From assembly GCA_009914755.4 (NCBI GenBank), contig CP086569.2, positions 2,144,001-2,208,000 on the forward strand: DNA of 64,000 bases. The letters run 5' to 3'. This stretch comes from the human T2T-CHM13v2.0 reference genome, Homo sapiens. Shown one piece after another: positions 33,000-56,366 of this stretch. Made by a program: the position numbers and the translations under genes. The notes below the pieces were generated by a model. It was not told the origin of the DNA and ran no database searches. It saw only the letters and a program-made list of their open reading frames with translations. Every line of letters begins with the position of its first letter. Positions within the stretch are counted from its first letter, which is position 1.

Positions 33000-33800
33000 A
33001 GCCGCCTCTGGGCCCCCTCTGGAGACGTCCTCCGGAGAAGGGCCCATCCTCACTTACCCTGGGGTGGGTAGGGGTCGAGGTCCCTGGGACGCCCGCTCCT
33101 CCCCTCCGGGGCCTGGCGGGGGCGCGCGGTCACTGGCCGACCGCAGGCGGCAGGCAGAGCCGCCTGATGTCTTGGGCGCGGGGCGTGCGAGCCCCCGGGT
33201 CCCCGGCCATGGCCCGGAGGTGTCAGGGTGCGCGGGGGGGCGGCTGCACGGGGGCTGCTTGGTTGGAGCCCGACCCGGGACAGGCGGGGAGGCCACACGC
33301 GCGGGGAGGGAAGGGTCGGGCCGGGTCGGGCCGGGCCAGGCGCGCAGAAGAGCCGGCGGGGACGGAAAGCGCGGGGCGGGGAGGTCCCAGGCGCGCACGC
33401 CGCCCCCCCCAACCCCCGGCCACACCTCGACCCCCGCCCAGCCCCACTTCCGGGAGCGCCACCGCCTCGCCAAGGTCACGCGGAGCCCCCGCGCCCCCGC
33501 CCCCGAGCCAGCCCGCGCCCACCCGGGTCCCCGGAGCCCTGACCCCTGCCCCGCCCCGCTGACCTGGCTCCAGGAAGCCCCCGCGGCAGCGCCGCAGCAG
33601 CTGCGCCAGGATCACCGCGGCGCCTACCGCGTAGACCCGCAGGGCCGCCCGCGCCGCAGACAATGGCGACATGGCTGCCCCGGCCGCGCCGCCGCCGCTT
33701 CCGCGCCGCCCGCGGGACTCTGCGCCCGCCCGCCCGGACGGACGGCGGAAACGCGCGCGCCCCGGACCGCCCCCTGCCCGCCCCGAACCGCCCCGGCCTG
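33000..33800. promoter_or_regulatory. CpG island, likely the shared promoter region of DHRSX and ZBED1
   Basis: Extreme GC and CpG density (for example GCGCGCGG, CGGGCCGGGTCGGGCCGGGCC, AACGCGCGCGCCCCGG). It contains DHRSX exon 1. Confidence 0.8.
33564..33672 (-). CDS. DHRSX: DHRSX coding exon 1, with a splice donor at 33563/33564
   Basis: The minus-strand translation MSPLSAARAALRVYAVGAAVILAQLLRRCRGGFLEP matches the DHRSX N-terminus as I recall it. It is followed by an AG|GTCAGC donor. Confidence 0.75.
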
Positions 33801-33859
33801 CGGGGAACCCCCAACCCCAGACCCCGCCCGGGCCCTCTGGGATCCCGCACCGCCTGCAG

Positions 33860-36740
<2,881 letters not shown>

Positions 36741-36789
36741 CAGTGTGCAGGTTGCACCCAGCCAATCTGTATGATTGGAATACAGAGAC

Positions 36790-37660
<871 letters not shown>

Positions 37661-38325
37661 AAATCCACAGTCACCCCTGTCCCCACCTTAAAGTTTTCCC
37701 AGGAGAGCTGCCGTTGCATGGGGTGTGAAACCGTGACCCCACTGCCAAATTCAGAAGGACCAAGGATTCCACCAGGAGCAGCAGGGGAGTGGGCTTATTG
37801 TAGCCCGACATGCTCCTCCCTTTGGGGACTTCTGGTAGTTATCTAAAAGGATGTTTGTGAGCAAAAGGATAGTGACGTCTAGAGCCATGAATTGGGGGGC
37901 TAAAAGCAGAATGCATCACCTGGTGCTTCCAGCAATGGTTTGGGAGACACCCCTACCTTCCCCACAACCCACTTATCTTCTCAGAGGCTCATTTCATCAT
38001 CTGTCATATATTGACTTTGATTTCCATGTGAATGTTTTTAGCCACTGCTGTAATAAATGGCCACGAATGTAGCAGCTTTAAACAACACAAAGTTATTATC
38101 TCAAGTCTGCAGGTAAGATGTCCCAAAAACGGGCTCAACCGGGTCACTTGCTCAAGGTCACTGATATGGTTTCGCTGTGTCCCCTCCCAAATCTCATCTT
38201 GAATTGTAGCTCCCATAATTCTCATGTGTTGTGGGAGGGACCCAGTGGGAGATAACTGAGTCATGGGGGCGGTTTCTCGCACACTGTTCTCATGGCAGTG
38301 AATAAGTCTCATGAGATCTGATGGG

Positions 38326-39061
<736 letters not shown>

Positions 39062-39540
39062 TAAATTACCCAGTCTCAGGTATGTCTTTATCAGCAGCGT
39101 GAAAATGGACTAATACAGTCACAAAAGGTCAAAATGATGATGTCTACCCCCTGGGCTCTTCGCAGGAGGCCCTGGAAAGAATTGGTTTGCAAGCTTATTC
39201 CCATTTTTAGAAAATTCAGTCTCTTGTTGTCATGGGACTGAAGTCATCCTTTCCTCACTGATTGTCATAGAAGGGGTGTGGGGAGCACAACCCTGAGCTC
39301 TTAGAGTCCTCTCTCTGGTCCTTGAAAGTGTCTGCTCCATCTGTAAGCCAGCTCTGCTTCATCTTGAAACCAGCAGGGGCCACTTAGAGTCCAGTTCACC
39401 ATTAGAATCTCACTGACTTTGTGTGCCATGTCCCTCACCTTCTCTCCTCCCTCCAGCCAGAGAAAGTTCTGTTCTTTCAAGGGCTCCCATGTGATCAGAT
39501 AGGGCCCACCAAGGAAATCCAGCATACTCTTCCTATTTAA

Positions 39541-39839
39541 AGGTTCACGCCTGTCATCTCAGCACTTTGGGAGGCCGAGGCAGGCAGATCACCTGAGGCC
39601 AAGAGTTCGAGACCAGCCTGGCCAACATGGTGAAACCATGTCTCTACTAATAATACAAAAATCGGCTGGGCGTGGTGGTGGGTGCCTGTAATCCCAACTA
39701 CTCGGGAGGCTGAGGCAGGAGAATCACTTGAACATGGGAGGCGGAGGTTGCAGTGAGCCAAGCTGGAGCCACTGCACTTCAGCCTGGACAACAGAGCAAG
39801 AGTCCATCTCAAATAAATAAATAAATAAATAAATAAATA
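39541..39839 (+). mobile_element. Alu SINE
   Basis: Alu consensus ending in an (AAAT)n tail. Confidence 0.9.
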
Positions 39840-40356
39840 GTTTATAACCTCAATTGCACCTGCAGTGTTCCTTGGTGCCATATATGACATTACCATAGTG
39901 ACAGGTTCCGGGAGATTCAGGTGTGGAAGACTTTGGGAAGGACAGGAGATTATTCAGCCTACAGTAGCGTGGTTTACAAATTCCTGTCTATTTCAGGATT
40001 TCATAAGCAGGTTTGAAATTGCATTCACCTAAACCGGAACAGGCCAGGACAGCAGGGGCAGGAGATGCTCCCTGGAGGAGCTTACATGAAGGACACCCCT
40101 ACTGGAAGAGAGAGAAGGATATTGCAGGGTGGGGGCCCTGTCCTTAGGACTTCTGGTTGACCCAGGGCCAACTTCCCCATCACGCATCCTAAGCTGAGTG
40201 TGAGGATCTCATGAAACTCTTCAGGGTCCATAACAATGCTTTAAGTTAATGTGTCTCAAATCAGAAAAAATATATATAATAATGAATATAAATCATGCAC
40301 ACAGTCCAGAAAATATGTCTTTTTATCAACACAGTTGTAAGATTTATGAGGTCATA

Positions 40357-40938
<582 letters not shown>

Positions 40939-41439
40939 TATATTTTTTAGTGGAAGAGGCAAAGATGGCCACAGTGTGGCCCTTCAGGGGGCCTGATCCG
41001 AAAACATCACCGTGGGCTGGGGTGGTCTGTTCCTGTCAGCCCCTGGTCATGCAGGAGGGCTTCAGTGATGTTAGCCACATTCTAAACAGAAACAGCTTGA
41101 GGTTTCTCCAGGGAATCTTGTTCTGTTAAATAGCACCTGTGGGGTCAAAGTTCAGCCCACTAGCAACAATTCCTGATAGCGCAGTGCCTCCCTCCCGTGA
41201 GATTCTCCTTGAAATTTAGCAGCCTGGAAAGCAACCTTCCTGGTTGTAAGATATGTGGGCCAGTCTCCCTGTGCGTGGGGACACAGCCTCTGTATCTCTC
41301 TCCTATTCCTGGTGCTAATTCTCTCGTGCACATAGTAGAATCCCAGTAAATAACCATGTAATTCATTAGTAATAATATAATAGACTATTGTAATCCATTT
41401 TGATGTCCCAATTGACCTTAGCTGTGATTCATGTTTCCT

Positions 41440-41745
41440 TTATTCTTTTCTTTATTTTCTTTCTTTCTTTGCTTGCCTTTGTTTCTCTCTCTTTTCCTTC
41501 CTTCCTCTCTTTCTTTCTTCTCTTTCTTTTTTCTTTTGCTTGCTTTCTCTCTCTCTCGTTTTCTTTTTCTCTTTTTCTTTCCCTTTTCTCTTTTTTCTCC
41601 TTACTCTTCTCTTTTTCTCTCTCTTTTTCTCTTCTCTTTCTCTTTCTTTTTCTTTCTCCTTTGTTTCTCTTTCTCCTTTCTCTTTCTTTTTCTTTCTCTT
41701 CTCTCTCTCTCTCTCTCTCTCTGTCTCTGTGTCTCTCTCTTCCTG
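41440..41745. repeat. Pyrimidine-rich simple repeat, (CTTT)n/(TTCC)n/(CT)n
   Basis: A continuous CT-only tract. The lysine/glutamate/arginine-rich and serine/leucine/phenylalanine-rich ORFs at 41400..41800 are artefacts. Confidence 0.9.
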
Positions 41746-41747
41746 TT

Positions 41748-42318
<571 letters not shown>

Positions 42319-42439
42319 TCATGTTTTATTTTGTGTTTCAGTGTTTAATTCCTCAAAGTCATGGGCCCTGTGGCTGAGCACTGGTACATGCCTAGGCAGA
42401 GGTTATCCCCAGAGTAAACTCTCATAAAGAGGTATTCTG

Positions 42440-42757
<318 letters not shown>

Positions 42758-42939
42758 TTAGTGGATGGTTTCCGTGGAGTTCGGGATACAATGTCTGGGA
42801 AGTGCTGAAAGATACTGAGCTGAATTATCCGCCATCCGCTTTATATAATGCTTCACATTATCAGACTCCTCACACCTTAATGATCCCTGAGCACATCTTT
42901 GAATATCATTGTGAAAAATCCCCAGAATTCATAGGGTAA

Positions 42940-43345
<406 letters not shown>

Positions 43346-43589
43346 CTCAATGCTTTTTTTATCAAAAAATTCTAAATTATTTGGGCAACTTTTTGACAAT
43401 AAGGATGTTCTACAATACATGCCTGTGATACTTTATATTTTTAGAGTGCCAAGTATCAAATCTGTTTCCATCACAAATAATATCCACCAGCTGGAATGTG
43501 TGGAGACAGCATTGCTCTGTTAAGTTCCATTAAAGGTGTTATTAGCATCTATATTAATCTGGGTTCTCCAGAGAAACAGTACCAATGGG

Positions 43590-44140
<551 letters not shown>

Positions 44141-45425
44141 TCTGGGCAGTATGTGCAACAAAGGTATGGCTCATCTGTTTGGCCGCTGCGTGCTCAAACC
44201 CCTTACAGGATGGAGAGCACGCAGACGGACAGATGCAGAAGCCGGGGCAAACACTTTGGGGATCTGGCCCCATGGTAGCATGAAGGGCTGGGTGCCTGCA
44301 ACTCCTGAAGCCCAAGTTGTTGTGTGTTACAGTGCATTCTTTTGGCTTTGCTGTCCGCAGACAACTTGAGTGTTTGCTCTCTGTGGACAGCTTGTGCCTC
44401 CTTGGTGGCCAAGTCCTTGTCAGTGTCCTGGAAGAATCAGGTCACCCATGGACTTGAAGGATGATGAATGCAGGGGTTTTATTGAGTGGTGGAGGTGGCT
44501 CTCAGCTGGATGGATGGGGAGCTGGAAAGGGAATGGAGTGGGAAGATGGTCTTCCCCTGGAGTTTGGCCGTCCAGCAGCCGATCTCTCCAACCGTCCCCA
44601 GCTAAACTCCTCTCAGCATTCAGACACTCCTTCTCTTCTTTCTGCCAATCTTTTGCTCTTCGGTTCGTCTCCTCCTGGAGCCAGGGGTTTGGGATTTATA
44701 TGGGTACAGGATGGGGGGAGTGGGGGGCCAAAAGGCAACGTTTGGGTGTGAATACAGGCATGCCTGTTCTCATTTCAGGCTGTGGGTTTCCAGGCGTGAG
44801 GGTGGGGCCTTTGCTGGGGAACCACCCTCTTCTACCCAGTATTTCCCTGTCTCCTGCCTGTATCACCTTCAGGGTGATCATTTCCTCATGCCTTGGGGGC
44901 AAGCCTGACAGCTCATTGTTGGGATTGATGCTATGGTCATTAGTATGTTTATTATTATTTTTAATCAGTATCACAATTGCATCTCTCGAGCCCACAAAGC
45001 TTTGATGGGCACAGAACTATGATTTTCATCCACAAGGACATGAAAGCATCAAGGAACTGCTATTTCAGGGCAGAGGTTTATTTTCACTTTGGTTTTGTTT
45101 ACAAGGAGTTTTAGAGATTGGAGTTTCCAGGAATACAAATCACAGGTTTCCATCTATGAGAACGATATGCAGAGACAACCCCCTGCCCAGTCTGGCAGGT
45201 GTGTTCCCAGACCGAACCGAGTGTCAGACCGCTTATTGTCATGGCCCCATAATGAGACGCAGATGAATTGGGAAAGAACAGAGTTTATTTCTGTAACTGG
45301 GTACAGGGAGAAGGCTGGGAAAATATCGCCAGACCAACTCCAAATTACAAAATTTTCCAGACCTTATGTATCTTCTAAAATATATGTCTACATATAAGTG
45401 TGTATCCATCTAAAGACATAAGTGA

Positions 45426-45733
<308 letters not shown>

Positions 45734-46261
45734 ACATAAGTGATTCACTTCTTCTAATCTGTAACTAAGGTCTGAGTCCTGAAGACCTTCCTCTGGAGCC
45801 TCAGTAAATTGACTTAATCTAGATGGTTCCAGGTGCTGGGGTGATTACCCTTATCTTGTCTCCTGCTAAATCATGGAGGTTTGGGGAGTTCCTTTAGACC
45901 CCCAATAAAACTTGTTTGTGGAGGCCTGCAGAGTTCCTTCAGAACCCCAGTAAAACTTGTTTAATCTGAAACAGGTCCTGTTAAGAATTCCTTCGTTATC
46001 TTTTCATGCTTTAAGGCCCAGGAAAGCCCCGGGCAAAACTCTTGGTGGGCTTTTGTTACATTCCAGCCTTTGTATAAGGGCACTGGTTGTTTCAGCTTTT
46101 AATATGTAACTCCACTGGTCAGTGAGTGCTGAAACGGTTGCCACGGAGGCCTGCCTGTTCAGCTGTTAGTGAGACCTGGCCTGCCACAGGTGGGTCTGAT
46201 GAAACTTTCCAGCCCCTGTCCTGAAATTTGACTTTAGAGAAGTTGCATACCAGTTCAGTTT

Positions 46262-46587
46262 CTTGTTTGTTTGTTTGTTTGTTTTGACACGGAGTCTCAC
46301 TCTGTTGCCCAGGCTGGAGGGCAGTAGTACAATCTTGGCTCACTAGAGTGCAGTAGTACAATCTTGGCTCATCTGCCTCCCGGGTTCAAGCAATACTCCT
46401 GCCTCAGCATCCTGAGTAGCTAGGATTACAGGCACACACCACCACGCCCAGCTAATTTTTGTATTTTTAGTAGAGACAGGGTTTCACCATGTTGGCCAAG
46501 CTGGTCTCAAACTCCTGACCTCAAGTAATCTGCCCATCTCGGCCTCCCAAAGTGCTGGAATTACAGGCATGAACCACCACACCCGGC
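46262..46587 (-). mobile_element. Alu SINE with a small internal duplication
   Basis: Reverse-complement Alu consensus. AGTGCAGTAGTACAATCTTGGCTCA is duplicated. Confidence 0.9.
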
Positions 46588-46730
46588 CCCAGCTCAGTTT
46601 CTTAAGGACTCTGTAACAAGGGAGGGAGAACATCGCCAATTTGGGGCATTCCTTCTGATGCTGAAGGTGCATGATTCTTGCTGTTTCTAACTCTGAGTTC
46701 CAGAGGTGGTTTTTTCAGAAGCAGAGCCTC

Positions 46731-47017
46731 AGCTGGGCACGGTGGCTCACACCCATAATCCCAGCACTTTGGGAGGCCGAGGCAAGAGGATCACTTGAGG
46801 CCAGGAGTTCAAGACCGGCTTGAGCAACAGAGCGAAGCCTCATGTCTACTGAAAATTAAAAAAAAAAAAAAAAAAAAATGAGCTGGCTGTGGTGGCCTGC
46901 ACCTGTGGTCCCAGCTACTTGGGATGCTGAGGTGGGAGGATGGCTTGAGCTGTGATGGTACTATTGCAGCCTGGACAACAAAGCAAAACCCTGTCTCAGA
47001 CACACACACACACAAAA
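46731..47017 (+). mobile_element. Alu SINE
   Basis: Alu consensus with a mid A-run and a (CA)n end. Confidence 0.9.
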
Positions 47018-47630
47018 GAAGCAGAAGAAGTTGTTTGGAGCCAGGATGGCTCATTTGCCCACAGGAACTCACAGGAAGTCTGAAAATAGTCAGGTAGAGC
47101 ACATAGAAGCTGCAACAGCTGTGAGCTCCCCCCAGAGTCCCTGAGCACATCTCTATCGCGCGTGGGGGCTGCTGATGCTGGTATCATTTCCAAAACAATA
47201 AGTCAGGATCTCCCAGACAGACGGGAGTGCTGCCGACAGCCTTCTCTGTTTTTCTTTTTTTAAAATTTTTAGTTATTCTACGTATGAAAACCAAAAAGTA
47301 CCTGAGACAAGTCTCCATCAATTTAGAAAGTTTATTTTGCCAAATTTGAAGATGCAGCCTCAGGAACTCCTGACAACATGTCCCCAAAGTGTTTGGGGCA
47401 CAGCTTGCTTGGTTTTATGCATCTTAGGGAGGCATGAGACATCAATCAGTCTATGGAAGATGTACATTGGTTCTGTCCGGAAAGGTGGCACAACTCGAGG
47501 CAGGGAGAGAGCCTGCATTTCATAGGCTGATAAGAGACAAATGGTTGCTTTCTTTCGAGTTTCTGATTAGCCTTGTACTGAAAGCACGATGTACAGGAAT
47601 ACTCACTTATGCCTTAGTCTGGCTTAGTGA

Positions 47631-48010
<380 letters not shown>

Positions 48011-48289
48011 TAACTATGAGTTATTTCTGTCCTTTGTCTACAAGGAATTTCCCTGTGGGGATATTATGAGGGAAGCATGTAGCTTTTAAACAAATCTTTG
48101 TAACTATCTTATTTTAGAATAGAATGGGAGACGGGTTTGCCCAAAACAGCTCCCAGATCGACTTTTCCCTTTGGCTAAGTGATTCTGGGATCCCGAGATT
48201 TATTTTCCTTTCACACATACATAATAGTTGTACAAATTTATGGGGTACATGTGAGATATATATATATATACATACATATACATATATAT

Positions 48290-48860
48290 ATTTTTTTACT
48301 TTACGTTCTGGGATACAGGTGCAGAACGTGCAGGTTTATTACATAGGTATACATGTGCCATTGTGGTTGGCTGCACCCATCAACCCATCATCTAGATTTT
48401 AAGCCCCGTATGCATTAGGTATTTGTCCTAATGCTCTCTCTCCCCTTGCCCCCCACCCACCCCACATGTGATATTTTGATATCAGCATAGAATGTGTCAT
48501 GATGAAATCAGGATAATTAGGGTACCCATCACCTTAAGCATTTATAATTTCTTTGTGGAAATCACATTCCAATTCCACTCTTTCAGTTATTTTGAAATAC
48601 ACAATAAATTATTGTGAATACAGTCACCCTATGGTTTGGCCAAACACTAGACTGTATTTCTTTTATCCAACTGTATTTTTGTACCCATGAACCATCCTCT
48701 CTTAATCATCCCCTCCCACTAACCTTCCCAGTCCCCAGTCACCATCATTCTACTCTCTATCTCCGTGAGTTCAATTTTTTAAGCTCTCACATATGAGTGA
48801 CGACAAGCAATGTTCTCTTTGACATTTTCCCCTGTCCTTCATTCCATCAAACAAACCTCA
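48290..48860 (-). mobile_element. L1 LINE 3'-end fragments in antisense orientation
   Basis: The reverse complement of the L1 3' terminus (TTTACTTTACGTTCTGGGATACAGGTGCAGAACGTGCAGGTTTATTACATAGGTATACATGTGCCATTGTGGTTGGCTGCACCCATCAACC), followed by older L1-like sequence. Confidence 0.75.
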
Positions 48861-48956
48861 TTTTACCATGATGCCACCATGATATAATAACAGCTGCACA
48901 TGCAAAGCCATTGATTGTAACATGACTTCATGACCTGTGCATAAAAAAGCATGCTA

Positions 48957-49263
<307 letters not shown>

Positions 49264-49324
49264 CTAGTTATGGCCCATCTTTGCTTGTGAAGGATAAAAA
49301 TGATTATAAATTTTTCCCTTTCTG

Positions 49325-49628
49325 GCCAGGTGCAGTGGCTCATGCCTGTATTCCCAGCACTTTGGGAAGCCGAGGTGGGAAGATCACTTGAGCTCAGGAG
49401 TTCAAGACCAGCTTGAGTAACATGGCGAAACTCTGTCTCTCAAAAATACAAAAAATTAGCCAGGCATGGTGGCATGCATCTGTGATGCCAGCTACTTGAA
49501 AGCTGAGGTGGGAGAATCATTTGAGCCCAGGAGGCGGAGATGGCAGTGAGCCGTGACTGCATCACTGCACTCCAGCCTAAGCCACAGAGCGAGAACCTGT
49601 CTCAAAAACAAAAACAAAACAAAAAAGA
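49325..49628 (+). mobile_element. Alu SINE
   Basis: Alu consensus. Confidence 0.9.
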
Positions 49629-50093
49629 AATGCTTCTTTTCAGCCTCAAGCTTGATTGGTCTTTCCTACTCTGGGCTTTAGACAAGGGATGGTCAGTTTT
49701 CTGAAGCTGTATTTATTCAAAGTTCTGCACAGTTTTACTTTAGCAAATTTCAGACAATGAACATTGTAGGGTTTTTTTGTTGTTTTTGACCTTTTGAGAT
49801 CCTTAGTTTTGGAAGCAGCTGTGATCGTTTCAGTGACTATGTGGGCACTCATAGAATGTTTATATCTGAAGTGTCTGGTGTTGGGGGGGAGATTAAAGAG
49901 ATGGTGTCTTTGAAATCTGTTTCTAAATCTGTTATCCAGTTTAAAATTCTCTTTCATTGTAACGAGCAGAAAGACAATAAGAACAGGTGCAGAGAAGGCA
50001 GGCTGTGTTGTTCTTTCTTCAGAGTGGGAAGCTTCGTAAGATTCAGGGGCTGGCAGTCACCAAACCCCACATAAACCTGTCTGTGTGCTTTCA

Positions 50094-50430
<337 letters not shown>

Positions 50431-50484
50431 CTAATGATGACTACATTTTTGTTTCAGCTCCAATGTATCTTTCTAAGGTCAGAT

Positions 50485-50728
50485 TTCTTCCTTCCTTCCT
50501 TTCTCTTTCTCTCTTTCTCTTTCTTTTCTTTTTTTCTCTTCCTTCCTTTCTTTCTCTTTCTTTCTTTCTCTTTCTTTCTCTTTCTTTCTTCTCTTTGTTC
50601 TTTCTCTCCTTCTTCTTATTCTTTTGTCTTCTTCCCCTCCCTCCCTCCCTTCCCTCCCTCCCTCCGTCCCTCCCTCCCTTCCTTCCTTCTTTTTTCTTTT
50701 CCTTTCTTTTTTTTTCTTTCTTTCTTTC
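50485..50728. repeat. (TTCC)n/(TTTC)n/(TCCC)n simple repeat (GGAA-type on the minus strand), followed by a partial minus-strand Alu at 50729..50845
   Basis: A continuous CT-only tract. Confidence 0.9.
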
Positions 50729-51177
50729 GAGATGGGGTCTTGCTATGTTAACCAGGCTGGTCTTAAACACCTGGCCTCAAGCAATCCTCCCGTCTTGGCC
50801 TCCCAAAATGCTAGGATTACAGGCATGAGCTACTGTGTCCAGCCTGAGGTTTCTGTCTTCATTCTCCATTGCATGCTTGTCCACCATAGAGTGTATTCAA
50901 CTACATGTTCTGTAAAAGCATCATAATGGAAAAACATTTTTTCTTTGCTTTACATTCCCATATGTTCCATGTATGAAATCCAGAAAAGGCTAAGTTCTCA
51001 GACATGATCTGCTCCTGTCGGAATTCTAAGGACTGAGGGAGAGTACATTATTCTCACATTCTAAGTCTTAAAGTCATTCTCAGTGCTTTCACTTTCAACA
51101 TTTTTGTCTGAACGATGACCGCATGTTCATTTTTCAGGGTGCATTTTGGTCTCCAGTTTAAATATCCTATCTGTGAG

Positions 51178-52263
<1,086 letters not shown>

Positions 52264-52374
52264 AAAGAAAATTTTTTCCTGATGAGAAAATGTCTGACAG
52301 TTTTCCTCAAAATTTGTATCGTTGTACAGATGTCCAAGTTGGTAGCTCAGGAAGTCTGTAATTACCAACAACAT

Positions 52375-53505
52375 TCTTCATCATCGTCACTGTCATCACC
52401 ATCATCATCATCATCCTCACTGTCACCATCATCACTGTCACCATCATCATCACCCTCATCATCATCATCCTCACCATCATCATCACCATCATCACCATCA
52501 CCATTATCATCCTCACCATCCTCACCATCATCATCATCCTCACCATCATCATCACCATCATCACCATCACCATTATCATCCTCACCATCATCACCATGAT
52601 CATCATCCTCACCATCATCATCACCATCATCACCATCATCCTCACTGTCACCATCATCATCCTCACCATCATCATCACCATCCTCACCATCATCCTCACT
52701 GTCACCATCATCATCCTCACCATCATCATCCTCACCATCATCCTCACCATCATCATCACCATCATCATCCTCACCATCATCATCACCATCATCATCCTCA
52801 CCATCATCCTCACCATCATCATCCTCACCATCATCATCCTCACCATCATCATCCTCACCATCATCCTCACCATCATCATCCTCACCATCATCCTCACCAT
52901 CATCATCCTCACCATCATCATCCTCACCATCATCATCACCATCATCCTCACCATCATCATCACCATCATCCTCACCATCATCATCCTCACCATCATCATC
53001 CTCACCATCACCATCCTCACCATCACCATCATCATCCTCACCATCATCATCCTCACCATCATCATCCTCACCATCATCACCATCACCATCCTCACCATCA
53101 TCATCCTCACCATCATCATCACCATCATCATCACCGTCATCATCACCGCCATCATCCTCATACACATCATCATCATCCTCACCATCATCCTCACCATCAT
53201 CATCCTCACCATCATCATCCTCACCATCATCATCACCGTCATCATCCTCACCATCATCACCGCCATCATCCTCATACACATCATCATCATCCTCACCATC
53301 ATCATCACCATCCTCACCATCATCACTCTCGCCATAATCATCACCATCATCATCCTCGCCATCATCATCGCTGTCGCCATCATCACCATCATCATCCTCA
53401 CCATCACCATCACCACTGTCACCATCATCATCACCATCATCCTCATCGTCACCATCATCATCACCATCTTCATTATCACCATCACCATCATCATTATTAT
53501 CACCA
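52375..53505. repeat. 1.1-kb imperfect (CATCAT/CACCAT/CCTCAC)n repeat
   Basis: CATCATCACCATCATCCTCACCATCATCATC motifs. The ORFs at 52307..53632 (441 aa), 52362..53279 and 52596..53672 are repeat artefacts. Confidence 0.9.
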
Positions 53506-54408
53506 AGCTTAAATGCTTGCTTTGCCCTCTTTTCCAGAGACTCTTGACCTCTGGTTTTACTGTGTGTACCAGAAAAGTCTTCGTAATTATGTGGCCTCTG
53601 ATTGTTTTTTCTAAGAGAGTAAGAGGAATCACGGTGGACGTATTCTGCCTGAATGTGTCGAAACCGTGCTAAGAGCTCTGAACATGAATATTAACATTGG
53701 GTATTTACTTTTCCTGTTCCTACGTGTCTGTTTTTTAAAAAAAACAATTTTATCATGGACATTGAGGATGATACGTTGTGGTGCAGTCAGGTATTTTCCT
53801 TTATAGAAAGAGTCTATTCCTCTATAGAAGAGTCTATCAGACAGTTAGCTTCGCTGGATATACACTTTAATCTTTGTGTTTGCTGAAGTGGGCAGGAGTT
53901 TAAATATCTGCTCAGTTCTTTCAACATCACACTGATGGATTCCTCTTGGTTCTCTGAGGTCTCCCCACACATGCATAATCCAGATGACCAAATATTTGGG
54001 CAGCGTTCAAATCCAGACTTGGAGTTCCCTTAAACCGTTGCATATTCCCCTTTTAAACATTTCCTCCTCGTGTTGCAGGGTCTCTGGCAGCTGCCAGCTC
54101 TCTCGTGACTCTTCAGGCTAGTAAACCTGCAGAAGTTCTCACTTCCCCAGAATTAAGCGACTTTGGGAAGCCCCCTGCAGAAAGGATGTGCAAATGCTAA
54201 TCTTCACAGGGCAGTTCCCCATTTGTCAGAGAGTTCCTCTGCCCACATTTCTGCCTGTTTGGGGCCAAGGGTCTTCACATCGTTTTTTAAAAGGCTTCAT
54301 CCAGAGTTTATCCTTGTGATCTCCGGGACGTTCTGTCCAATACACACTATTCTTCAACGACTGGAAGTGAGAGTCGAGAATTAAGAGCAACTTTAAGGAT
54401 TCAGATTT

Positions 54409-54720
54409 GCCAGGCACAGTGGCTTATGCCTGTAATCTCAGTATTTTGGGAGGCTGAGGTGGGCAGATGACCTGAGGTCAGGAGTTCGAGGCCAGCCTGG
54501 CCAACATAGTGAAACTCTGTCTCTACTAAAAATACAAAAATTAGCCGGGCATGCTGGTGCATGCCTGTAATCTCAGCTACTTCAGAGGCTGAGGCAGAAG
54601 AATCACTTGAACCCGAGAGGTGGAGGTTGCAGGAAGCCAAGATCGTGCCACTGCACTCTAGCCTGGGTGACAGGGTGAGATTCTATTTCAAAAAAAAAAA
54701 AAAAAAGAAGAGAAAAAAAA
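54409..54720 (+). mobile_element. Alu SINE
   Basis: Alu consensus. Confidence 0.9.
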
Positions 54721-54839
54721 GGATTCAAGTTTCAAGTGGTCAAGCAAGAGAAGGCTTTGGCCTCAGAATTCGAGTCTCAGCACTTTCATCTGTCATGAAA
54801 ACATTACGTCATGTCTTATGACTTAGCTCCTGGTATGGC

Positions 54840-55060
54840 GAGGCCTTTGAAGTGAGATGATTTGAGAGAAATCTCACATTCTAAATGTGAGGTTTTTAAA
54901 ATTACATAAGTAATATTATATAAAATATCGGTCATAATGATTGTATGCAGTAAGTGCTCAATAAATACTAAATGTGATTTTTGTGATGTGCGATACATTT
55001 CAATGCTTCACTTTAAAAATTGGTCGAATTACACTTGTGATTATTTTACTATTAAAAACA
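54840..55060 (+). repeat. Dispersed duplicate (copy 1) of a segment of about 200 bp; copy 2 is at 58050..58235
   Basis: The shared stretch is GTGAGGTTTTT.AAATTAC.TAAGT.ATATT...ATAATGATTGTATGCAGTAAGTG.TCAATAAATACTAAATGTGATTTTTGTGATGTGCGATACAT.TCAA.GCTTCACTTTAAAA.TTGGT.GAATTAC. Confidence 0.8.
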
Positions 55061-55066
55061 AAATGT

Positions 55067-55400
<334 letters not shown>

Positions 55401-55720
55401 TTATTATTATTACACAGAAGTTTGCTCATTGTTAAGCCTTCTCATACTCAATATTGGATATTTTCTCCACCGTAATAACACCAGAAACCTATTATCCACT
55501 GTTTCAATAAGGAAATTAAATCACTTAGAAGTGTTTCGTTTTCAAAAATCTACTGACGCGTTTCTTAAGTGTGTGTAGGACATAATGATTTTCTCCTAAA
55601 ATGTACAGCATGGGAAAGAGGCCGGGGGAAGGATAATTTTTTAGTGAAGAAAGCTGACAAACACCATCTCGACCAGATAACTGAGGTCAACATGCACTGT
55701 GAGAAGTCTTGTGGTTGTGA

Positions 55721-56105
<385 letters not shown>

Positions 56106-56143
56106 CCCAAACCCCATCTAATCATGAAGAAAACATCAGAAAA

Positions 56144-56366
<223 letters not shown>

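Noticed and set aside
44370-45005. A 211-aa ORF in non-repetitive DNA
   Set aside because: It has no recognisable domain and mixed low-complexity composition. It sits in intergenic sequence with no start context or splice signals that I can see. An ORF of this length is expected by chance in 64 kb of GC-rich DNA.
52307-53672. ORFs of 441, 305 and 358 aa
   Set aside because: They lie entirely within the 1.1-kb ATC/ACC-type repeat and encode poly-(MVR), poly-(DGE) and poly-(ILT) strings.
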